From the NCBI RefSeq assembly GCF_009914755.1, contig NC_060933.1: DNA of 64,000 nt. The stretch is one strand, 5' to 3'. Below are positions 1 to 11,551 of the stretch, piece after piece. Both the position numbers and the translations under genes were made by a program. This DNA comes from the human T2T-CHM13v2.0 reference genome, Homo sapiens. The notes under the pieces were generated by a model, which did no database searches, was not told the origin of the DNA, and saw only the letters and a program-made list of their open reading frames with translations. Positions within the stretch are counted from its first letter, which is position 1. The number at the start of each line of letters is the position of its first letter.

Positions 1-439
1 CATGGCTGGAGTTGGCCACCCTGAGCTCATTATGTTGAGCACAGAGAAATTTACCACAGGGGAAAGAAAGCAATGCCAGAACCCTGGGCAGCCCAGGAAG
101 AAGGCCACACTAAGCGTCTTGTGTTAAGGGTCCCTTCTCCCACAGATGAGCCATTTCTGGGCTAAAATCCATATAGTTTTGTCCTTTCCCTCCCTAAGCT
201 GTGAAGGAAGTGGGAGCAGTAGACAAAGCTGGGCATCCACCCAGGGCTGGGCAGGTCTGGGGCAGAGGCCTGCATCTCACGCTGAGACAGCATGACTGGA
301 CAACCTCAACCCAGTCTGGAATATGGTTGGGCTTAAGGAATCCCAGAAAGGGTCCTCAGCAGCATGACCATATTAGTTTTCTACTGCAACAGTCTTAGTG
401 GCTTCAAATGAACAATTCTTCACAGAACTGTTGTGGGGA

Positions 440-790
440 GAGGGCTCAATTATCCCTAGACTTCTTACCAGCAATATTTAATGCCAGGAGAAAAGATCCT
501 CAGGATCATCAGAGAGGAAAAAATCGTGCCCAAGAATCTGACACCCAGGTAAGTCATTAATTACTCTAGTCAAAGGCAATAGACACGTATTTTCAAAATT
601 GCCAGGATTCAAGAAATACAGAACATTTTAGGAAAACAAAAGTAAAATAAAATTGCCTAATTAATCAAGAACATAGAAATGGAAAAGCTATGATATGAAG
701 TGAATGAGATTGGATTAATGTAAATTTAGAACACTGAGAATTATGGGAATTACGGTTACAGAAATGAAGGGGAATGTTAATGCTGAAATG
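440..790 (+). mobile_element. Old L1M/HAL1-like ORF1-end fragment
   Basis: Degenerate similarity to the L1 ORF1 C-terminus (...CCAAGAATCTGACACCCAGGTAAGTCATT..., cf. PRILYPAKLS). Confidence 0.4.
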
Positions 791-869
791 AAAATTGATA
801 CAAAATGACAAGAGCTTTCTGGCTTTCCTAGCTCTTCTTGTCTAATTAAAATGAATACATGTATATTGT

Positions 870-1782
870 TGTGGTAAGCAGAACACTGGCCCCCAAATAT
901 ATCCATGCTTGTATTAGTCTGTTTTGCTTGCTATAAAGAAATACCTGAGGCTGGGTAATTTATAAAGAAAACAGGGTTATTTGGCTCATAGTTCTGCAGG
1001 CTGTACCGGAAGCATGGCACCAGCATCTGCTCAACTTCTGGTGAGGCCTCAGGAAGCTTACAATCATGGTGGAAGGCAAAGGGGAGGCGGGTGTGTCATA
1101 TGGCAAGAGAGAGAACAAGAGAGAGAGCAGGGATGTCCCAGACTCTTTCAAACAACTCCATCTCACCTGAACTAACAGAGCGAGAACTCACTTATTACTG
1201 TGGGGAGGGCACCAAGTCCCTTGAGAGGAGTCTGCCCCCATGACCCAAACACCTCCCACGAGGCCCTACCTCCAACCTTGGGAATCACATTTCAACATGG
1301 ATGTGGAGGGGACACACATCAGCACCATAGCAATGCCCTAATCCCTGGACCCTGTGAATGTTAGGTTGCGTGGCACGGGGGAGTCAAGGTGGCCGATGGA
1401 ATTCTGGTTGCTAATCAGCTGACCCTGAAGTGGGGAGAGAATCCTGGATCACCCAGGTGTGTTCAGTGTAACCACAGGGTCCTCAGCTGTGGATGAGGAG
1501 GCAGGGGTGTCTGGTGTGGTGTGGGAAGAACTCGACCTCCTGCTGCTACTTTGAGCTGGAGGTGAGGACCACGAGACAGGGTGGCCGAAGGCAGCCAGAG
1601 AGATGAGGGGAGAATTCTCCTACAGCCTCTGCAAGGAACACAGCCCTGCCAACACCGTCACATTCATCAGTGAGAACCACTTACTTCTAAACTACAGAAC
1701 TCTCAATGATACATGCATCTGTGTTGTTTGAAATCACTAAGTTTGTAGTAATTTGTTACAGCAGCAATAGAAAATGAATACA
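870..1782 (+). mobile_element. MaLR solo LTR, MLT1D-like, split by an MST insertion
   Basis: Starts TGTGGTAAGCAGAA, ends ...AATGAATACA. Perfect 5-bp TSD ATTGT (865-869 / 1783-1787). Confidence 0.85.
910..1332 (-). mobile_element. MaLR solo LTR, MSTB-like, nested in the MLT1
   Basis: tgtattagtc...ccatagca termini. 5-bp TSD ATGCT/ATGCC (905-909 / 1333-1337). Confidence 0.85.
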
Positions 1783-2496
1783 ATTGTAGAAAAATTAGAA
1801 TAGGTGCATGTACTATATTTATTACATGAAAATATGATTATATTGTGCTTACTGAACTGTAACCTGCTTTTTCAATATAACAGCACATAATAAACTTTTT
1901 CCTATGATAATTATATGGACACCCCTACAACATGATTCTCAATTGCTGCATAGAGTGCATGAACTTTAATGCATTTATCCCATCTTTCCCATTGACGAAG
2001 GCTTCCCCTAACTCCAAGATTAACATTCTCTGTGTACATACTGGGTTATGGCAAATTCCTAGAATTTAAATTGTTTTGTCAAAACCTAGATACTTTCTTG
2101 TAATGTATGGCGCTTGACATATAGCAGAATTGACACATAACCCTTCCTGCATAGGACCAGGGGCTGCAGCCTGGGATCCTCCCTGACGCACCATCATTAT
2201 CATCCCCATTCATTTCTTTGTACGGATCTCAGCATGATTGTATCTTCTGAGGCAGGTTCTTTTCCCACGCCTCTCTCCATTGCCAGGCACTTTCTCTCCA
2301 GAACCACATCACTGAGGCAGGTAGCAGTCCCCAGTCCCAGCACAGGTGGTAAGCTCTCTGGACCACAGCAAGCAGCCCAAGGATCAGCCTGCCCCGTCCA
2401 TGCCAAGACAGTCATTATTTTAAGAGTTCAAAGACCATCAAAGCTTCATTGGCCTGTTCCATTTAATTTGTGAAGCATTATGTCCCTTTTTCCCCC

Positions 2497-2657
2497 TTTT
2501 TTCTTTTTTGAGACAAGGTCTCGCTGTGTCACCCAGACTGGAAGGCAATGGTGCCATCATATCTCACTGAAGTCTCAACCTCCTGGGTTCAAATGATCCT
2601 CCCGCCTCAACCTCCCAAGTAGCTAGGACTGCAGGCATGAGCCACCATGCCCAGTCA
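2497..2657 (-). mobile_element. Alu monomer (FRAM/FLAM-like)
   Basis: T-rich tail followed by a single Alu arm. Confidence 0.8.
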
Positions 2658-3408
2658 CTGTGTATGTGCTTTTTATTCCTTTTAAAAATTTCATTTTCTC
2701 TAAAGATGATGCATTTAGGAACTGGACTTATTGATGGCATCTTTTAAAATTATTTTGAAATATTCAAAAATCTTTGATTCACTGATGTGCTTTTGGTCTG
2801 AAGAAGGGGCTGTGAGATTCATCCTGCTAGGTCAGAAAGACACATGGCATTTCCCCACTGTCTTCCTCAGTGTCACCCGCTGGAAGCAAGGGTGTCCAGA
2901 CCACACTGCAGCTTCCTCGGGAACCTGGGGCTTTTCTTGGCAATATCTAGTGATGTCTGCCTTTAAAAAGAATATGCATGGGCATAGGTTGCGGGGCAGG
3001 GGTGGGGGCTTCAGTCCCAACTCAGCCCTTGAGAAACGTAATGAACATAATTCCCCCCACCCCCCAGCCCCTTTTACAAACAGGTCACATTAAGTTAATT
3101 TACCAGCTAACACAAGACCATTTGATGGCCGGGCAGTTTCCCATGGGACTGAAAAGGCAGGAGCTGCCAACACTTTCTCTAGGCCCCTCAGTGCCCCAGT
3201 GACATCTGCCCAGACCTCGCAGGCACCTCGGCCTTGTCCTTTTTGATGACTGCAGAGAGTTGGTGGTTCCTAGAGCCCAAGGTGGAGGTAACCCTCTGAG
3301 ACACTGCCTGGCTCTGGAGCCCCTCCCAGCCCCTGGGCAGCTCTCTTCCTCCTTTCTGTCCTCAGATATGTCACCATCCCCAACCCAGGAGAAATCACTC
3401 TTCTCCAC

Positions 3409-3410
<2 letters not shown>

Positions 3411-3460
<50 letters not shown>

Positions 3461-3477
3461 CGCGCATGCGTGCACAT
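3411..3477. repeat. (TG)23 microsatellite continuing into a CG/CA alternating tract
   Basis: Read directly from the sequence. Confidence 0.97.
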
Positions 3478-4721
3478 CTGTGCTTCCTGGGAGCATAGGA
3501 AGTAGGAACCAGGATTTGTTTCCATTCTTTTGAGACAGCATTCCCATGGAGGTTAAAATACAGTAAATGCTGAATGGAGAAAGTTTCTAATCCCCAGAAT
3601 CGCAAATCCTATTGGTGGGCAAATTGTTTTAAAAGAGCTGTTTGGAGTTGAGGCGCACCTGCAAAATTAAACACACCAGGGTGAGAAAGGCTTTCTGGGG
3701 GCGGATCTGCAGGACTTGATTTTGCTGAGTTTAATGCCACTCATTTCACTTTCTGTTGGCCAGAGCCCGTTTCCCCTGCTTGAAGGCACAGAACCTTGCT
3801 GGGAGCCAGGCAAGCTCTCTGGACGGGATGGGCAGCCCCAGGGCCAGCCATCCCAAGTCTAGGGCTTGCTGGGGCCTAGACTTTTGACCTCCAAAGGGTA
3901 CGGAGTCTGGGGACCACTCTGCACACCATCCTCCATCCAGAGAGAGGGGCCATTTCCATCCTCATTCGGTTTCCCATATTCAGGGGAACTCCTCTCCAAG
4001 AAGAAACAAGGGCTCAGTTCCATTTCTGACTTCTCTCTAGGTCAGCACGTGCGGTCACTTCACAGAAAAATGGTGTGGATGTGCCAGACTGGGGACAAAG
4101 GCCCTCTGTTGTCCCCATTACCTGTGGTTTCCTGCCACAAAGGCTACACCAAGTACCTTATAAAGAAGGGCTGAGCGCTTCATGGATTTACTCAAAACCC
4201 AGCGCTCTGGGCTACTATGACCCCAGCCACCAACAGGTGTTGAGACTCCCCTGAGGCCCCGCCAAAACTGGCTGGGGTTTCCTCTCCACCTCAGTGCCAC
4301 CCCTGTCTCCAAGCCCATACTCCCAGGCATCTCTCAATCACTACCTCTACAAGACCCCAGGGTCTGGGTAATGGGGGCTGGCAGAGCCTGGACTCATTCC
4401 TGCAATGACGTCGGATACCAGCGGCACCCATTCCCTCTCCAAAGCTCATGTCCACAAGGGCAAACGATAGCATCCCCCTCCACCCCGGCAGTAAGCAGCA
4501 GCGAGTCTCACCAATTTGAGAGTCTCTAGAACAACAGATGGTAATTTGTTGACACAAAGATTTAAGGGGACTCAATTACAGTCCCACTGAAAAAGCTCTC
4601 TCTAAAATAAGAAAGTATACAGATTCCTCAGCTCGCAGAAATTGCTGACAGCTTTGTTTTCAACCCTCCAGGAGTAAAAAGAAGCTGACAACTTATTTTT
4701 GCAGGTTATGCTCATTCAAGT

Positions 4722-5763
4722 CTATTTTTAGATCTTGTTCCTAAATAAGTACACCAGAATAGCATTCAGTTTGAAAATCACCATCTGTTCAGAGCAATGA
4801 GCTTGGCCTCGCTGGGCTGGGTATACCTGGCCCATGGCAAGGTGGCAGTCCCCTTGTGGACTGAACCGAGGGGGCAGTTTCAGGTCTCCAAGTGGTGTTT
4901 GAAGAATGCACTAAAAACAGTCACAGGCAGTTGGCATTTTAAATGCCCATTAAACAACTATTAATATATTTTATTTATAAGCTGAGAACCACACAAAAAA
5001 TGCCCTTGGCTTTTTAAAAAGAAGTTCAAATAATCCCTTGTATTTAAATAGATTTCTTATAAAAAGGCGATCCAGCCTAAGTTTGGTAGTTAAGATAAAA
5101 ATTAACCTATGGAAAAGAAAGCCAGCTCAGAACGCTATAAAAAGGCCCCTTCCCCCCCCCCCCTTTCTTCCGGTGTATGGTGGCCCTCCCCTCCCTCTGC
5201 AGCCACTTGGTAGTGACTCACGCTTTTCTTTGGAAATGCAGTTGCTGCGTGAAACACAACGTGAGAATGGGAATCTGACATATGAGTAACCCGGCCGAGA
5301 GGCACCTCTTGGAAATGACACTGGGCCTTGGCTAGAATTACGCACAGGCCCTGGGAGGGCTGCGGCTCGTAGGCCCGTAGGGGGCAGGGTGAGGGCGGAG
5401 GTCCTGGCGCCCCCAGGCCTGACCCGCCCGCACCGCTGGGCTATTTTTAGCGTCCACTAAACTTAGCCGACTCCACCCTCTTGAATAACCCACATCTTAA
5501 AATGCTATTTTTCTCCAACAGGTCAAAAGAATTCTGCGAGTTAGAGCGCAGATTAAGTTGCTAGCGACGGGCATTGAAGGTTTTAGAACCGAGAAAATGA
5601 GCCGGTGGCGGGGAGCGCGTCCTCAGCGGCCAGGCCCGGCACGGGGCTCGGGCACTCGGGGACACACGGTGGTCGTCGCTGTGTCTCAGCAGGACCCTGT
5701 GCGCTGGAGAGCTTGGGGCCGCGAGTCGCGCAGCAAGGAGGCTTCTGGCTTCTCTATTTTTAG
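4722..5763. promoter_or_regulatory. Cluster of MEF2 sites: CTATTTTTAG at 4722-4731, 5441-5450, 5754-5763; TTATTTATAA at 4971-4980
   Basis: Exact matches to the MEF2 consensus YTA(A/T)4TAR. Binding is inferred only. Confidence 0.65.
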
Positions 5764-6520
5764 CCTCTGAACGTTTTCCAAAATAATTACCAAAAGGAAA
5801 TACACACGCACACATGGACCTAACACACAAAACGTCCTTCTGCGGGAAGCCAGCACTAGGAAAGAAAAAAAAAAAAATCCGAAGTGAAATTATGACACAG
5901 GGTTTTGTAACCCGCGGTGGCGCGCTTCTGAAACCCGAGCCCGGCAGCGGCTTCTTATCTGCACCGCGTTCCAGGAAGCAGCCGGCGTTTCGGCCGCGCA
6001 AGGGCAGCCGCCGCACGTAGGCAGCGTCCCCCAGCCCGGGACCCGCAGGAATGCGAGGGGCAAGACAGATCGCCGGAGGAGCAGGGGTCAGAAGTCAGTG
6101 TTTAACCACTCACTGGCTTTCGGTGAAGCCAGAATGTTAGCAGCGAGTCGCGGTCGGGGGCCTTGGGGTTGCACACGCTTGCTCCAAGCACCGAGGCTCA
6201 GCTGAGCACATGCACAACCCTCTCGATGCAGCGGAAAGTCGTGTGGCTTAGGGCCGCACCCCGAATTTCGCCGCACCCGCCGCTGTGCCATTTACAACCC
6301 CCCACCCCGCCACTGCTGTCACGTAGCAATCAAGAGTAAAGGTTATCACAAAGTCTGTTCTTCGAAGGAAAGAGTTGGAATCAAGGACTTCGGACGGGAG
6401 GAAGTTGGTAAGTTACCGCTTCCTCCCTCCTGTTTTCCTCTCCTTGTTTAACTTCTCACAAGAACATGTGGCAGCGCTGCAGGTTAACTCATCTTACATA
6501 ACTTCGGGGCCGTGTCAACT
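5130..6520. promoter_or_regulatory. CpG island / promoter-like or enhancer element not attached to a coding gene in this window
   Basis: Dense unsuppressed CpGs and high GC from about 5.2 to 6.5 kb, non-repetitive. Contains GC boxes, MEF2, AP-1 and HRE-like motifs. Confidence 0.85.
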
Positions 6521-6570
6521 GTTCAGAAGAAAGAAAAACAAGTATTCTCTTCTGTAGAAGTTGTATTTAG

Positions 6571-7035
<465 letters not shown>

Positions 7036-8589
7036 GGGCTCCCATTTTTCTGAATATGAACTTCAAAATAGTTTGAGGAGCCCAACATGAGAGTAACTGG
7101 ACAATTGTCTTCCTCTGAGAAAACAAAATGACAAACAACCAACATGAATCAAATGATGACTTGGTATTTCATTAAACACAACTCTTACAGCACCAGGAAG
7201 ACAGTAGCCCATTTTGTGCCAAGCGTATTTACTCAGTTGGTGGCAATAGGGGTTTGGAGAATCTTGCATTGTGGTTTGCTGGGGTCCACAAGCCACACAT
7301 CGGGTGTCTGGCCATCCTGCATGTCCAAAGGTGAACAAAGAAATGCACTAATAACCTAGAGACACAGGGACAAGAACAAGCCCAGTAATACCCATGTAGC
7401 CGTCTGCTAGAATTGAAAGCCAGGTATGGTGGGCTTCTACCCCACCCCAATCACGACGTCCTAATGAGGGCTACCAACTACCAATTACCACACCTCCCCC
7501 CTGGCCTAGGGCCCTCATCCTCCCCAAACATCTCTGAGCAGAGTGGCAATTAAGAGCACCCTGCTCTGTGGCTGGGAGCCTGGGAGCTGCCAGGGGCCAT
7601 ATCCTCCTACCACAGGGGAAGCTGGATAGCAGAGGAGATGGGGAGATGGGAGAAGAAAGACTGAGTTCCCAGAGTCCTGAGACAGCAGTCCAGTGGCTCC
7701 CTGGCTGGGCACAGGGAGTCCCTTTTCCTGACTCGTTCAGTTCAAGCTGGGTCTGTTACTTGCCTCCAGAAGAGTTTTGATACAGGTGTTGGCACCTTCT
7801 CAATGCCCTGTCTCCATGGTTGACCCACTTCCCTGACAGTGCCTTGAGCTCCTCCCCTGATCTGGGCTGGTCCAGGCCCTTGCTGGGGGACGCCACGTGC
7901 TAGGGTAGACCAGAAGTCCCTTCTTGGAAGCCCTACTTCCTGTGGTTCTTAGATGCCATGTGGCTGACATCTGGAGAGAGGGTGGACTATGGACTCCCTC
8001 CCCACATGAAATCTATGAAAGGCCAAATAAGGTTTAAGAGGTCTGTTCTCAGCCCCTGACAACCTCCAGGACTCTCTAAGACTGCACGAACAAAAATGAA
8101 GTAGTGCATGGACCAATGAGGTGATAAGACCCCAGCGGAAAAATTTTCTCCAATATTCCTCTAGGAAAGAGTCCTAGCAGCAAGAACATTGGTCACGAGA
8201 TTGGCCAAGGGATCAATCAACTCTCTAGTCCCTTCCCGTGATGTGAAATGCAGTGTGGGCTGGAGCCCTTGTATGCTTTGCCCTCAGTAGGCGGTTGCCT
8301 CCCTCACTGGGCACTGAGGCCATAGGCCGCTTTGTTCTGCAGAGCCACGCCTGGCCTCTAGAGGAATGGATGTGACCTAGAGATCTGGACTCAGAGCTGG
8401 GCAGAACCCTGGGGTGATGCTTACTGAGCAGGATGCCCAGGTTTGTGACTGTGTCTATGAGAGGCCTTAAGGCATGTAGGGGTCATCTGGGGGAAAGGAC
8501 GGCTGACTGAGTCAAGGTTGGCCTGGGTGGCTGCTTTGTTTTTGGGTCCATGACAGCAGCCCTCTCTTCTCCTGAAGAGATCTCCCTCC

Positions 8590-8940
8590 TCCAATCATAG
8601 TACCCCACCACCCTGGCCACAGGGAGGCCATATGATCTGAGCTAGGCCTATCAGAGGCCTTTCCTGGGAGTTTCTGAGTTCAAAGTGAGTGAAGAGCATG
8701 ACCCCTCTTTCCTGCTGGGGGGCCATGCAGTTGGGAGCTGTCATCAGGTGGAGCTGGTCTACAGGGACAGGCCCAAAGGATGGAGCCACATACCAGAGAC
8801 TACAAACACATGGTGGGGAGTGGAGTGTCCTGGCAGCCCTGTGACTCCGGCTCCCCTGTCTTTCCACAGTTTGGGGCTGAGAGCCAATGAAGTTTCCTTT
8901 CGTCTAAGCTACTTTGGTTGACTTTCTGCCATCACAATAC
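8590..8940 (+). mobile_element. Old MLT1 (J/K-like) LTR fragment
   Basis: Degenerate MLT1 3'-end wording (GAGCCAATGAAGTTTCC...TTGGTTGACTTTCTG). Confidence 0.4.
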
Positions 8941-11208
8941 AGTCTTCGTGCACCCAGTATTTCAGACTGCACTCAACTGCTAAGATTCAAACTTCAACAA
9001 AATGCAGAATTTTAGTTGTTTACCTTTTTAGTTACATGGACTCAAAAACAAGCATCACCATAACTTTCCACTGTGTGTGACAATATAAGAGTCATATCTT
9101 TGTGGCTCCAAAAATGTTTAAAAAAGCAACTAGTATATTCAATATTTAGCTCATAAGAGCTAAGCACTGTAAAATACGTCTGACATCTTCAACATCAAAC
9201 TAGAATAAAGGTAAAATTAAAATAGGGTAGAAGAGTGTTCATGCATGATCCAATCTCACATGAAACCCTAGTCCTAAAAAAAAGGCAACTCCCAAATAGG
9301 TGTCTTGATTTCACCCAGTGGCTTTAAAATAGTTCTTAATCATGTATGCATTAAGAAGCCAAAACTCATTGTTATTTCTGAAGCACATTATTTTGAAATT
9401 CTGTTTAAATCTTCCATATTTGTATGATGAAAGTTATGTCACAAAGTTAATCATTCCCAGGATGCTTGCAGTAGGGGTAATGAAAAACTTCTTGTGCAAG
9501 CGGCCATTAATCAGCAGTGTAACATTGCATAACGTGCTCCAAAGCACGTGTCATGGGATCAGAGTACACAGCTGCATAATGCAGGCCAGTGTCTGTGCCT
9601 CCTGCTGACCTTTTCCAATGCAGAACTCGAACCATGTGATGCATGCTTCTTGCCAAGTCACTTATTGCCAATGATTAAGTTGGATGATATGGAGAAACAT
9701 AAATTTCTTTCTTTCTTTTTTTTTTTTGGAGTTCTAAAAGGAAGACTCTTTGAAGTCCCTGGCTTCTGGCACAGTGTTGTTGCTGGCTTGGTTATATTAC
9801 TCTTGATCATTATAAAAACTCTCCATTAAAACTGATATCAAATATTTTGCTCAAGTGGTTCCTGGCATTTGCATTAGAAACAATAGACATACCCCCACAA
9901 GAAGAGTATTTTATATGTAAGCAACGCAAAAAGTCAAAGACGCTAGAAGCCAAAGACATACATATATCAAATCCCAATCCATCACGTTTGATGTTCTTGA
10001 GCAATACTGTTAGCGAGAAACTATTACTTAATCTTGCTAGTATTATCCAAAGAGAACACTTGCGAAATACTTAAGACAAACATGCTGTAATTATTACATG
10101 AATAAAGAGCTTGTGTAGCATAAACTGTTTTTGTAACATCAACACAAATTCTGTTGGAGCAGGCTAATAATTAGCCGTGGTAACAACAATGGCCACTGTG
10201 TTTGAGAAGCTCTGAGAGGTAACAGTGCTGCCGGAGGTGAGATGACTCACGCGTTATCTTCTACCCTCAAAGTAGCCTTGGTGTAGAGGGACTGTTTTCA
10301 ATAATATCTTAACCTAGAAAGTCTTCTGAAATTTCACCAAGGGCTAATTATACATTCTAGTACCAACTAGAATATATCTGGTTCCCTAACATATATTGGA
10401 AATTAAATTTCATCTTCATTTTACTTTTTTTTTTTAAGGAAAGGACTCTTCGATTTGATTACTAGCAAACTCTTACTGTACATGAAATCCTGTTCAAGGT
10501 CTGAAAGCTCAAATTAATAAATGATTTTGTCATCATAATCTAAATGTCTAACAGTGGAACATGAATTTAACAGTGTGGAAGAAAAGTTGTCCTAAAACAT
10601 AAGACATCTATATGTGCTGGGATTTCAATACTTTTTATTTTTACTACTTGAATGCTGCATTTATGCATTGCTTTGCTTTGGTTTATGGCTGTTAGTTTAG
10701 CAACTAAGGGCTGAATGAACAGATCCCTCACAGATCATCCAACCTCATGACCAGGCAAGGGGAGCCTCAGCTGGAGCAGCCTATTTCTGTTTCCTGGGTC
10801 TAGACTCAGAGCAGACATTTAAAAGACAATACAGCAGTAAATCCTCTCCTACCTTGACTACAACTAAACCTGACATTTGGGAAGTGAGGTATAGTCAATA
10901 GTTTGGGCTGTAATAATAATTCAATAAATATCAGTTTTGATGTACCAGAAGTCAGAAAGCTACCTTGTACACCTTGCCAGTAACAGCCCATGGTATACCT
11001 GGTTGCATTAGAATCAGCTGGGGAGGGGGAAGGGATGTCAGTGGGAATAGTGCAGTGAGAACCTCCAGAAAATCTGCTCCTCCATATAAACAATGAGAAC
11101 ATCGCCAAAGATTGTAAAAAAAAAATTGTCAAAACTTTTTCAGAACCCCAGAAATTAGCCAAAAGCTTGCAACAACCTGAGAAGCATTCATTCACGAAAA
11201 GTGGCTGA

Positions 11209-11551
<343 letters not shown>

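Noticed and set aside
3100-3605. ORFs with HTHTHT / CVCVCV runs
   Set aside because: Translation of the (TG)n microsatellite.
5558-6291. Several 67-151 aa ORFs over the CpG island
   Set aside because: They are Arg/Pro/Gly-rich products of GC-rich DNA with few stop codons. Several use non-ATG starts and none shows a recognisable domain.
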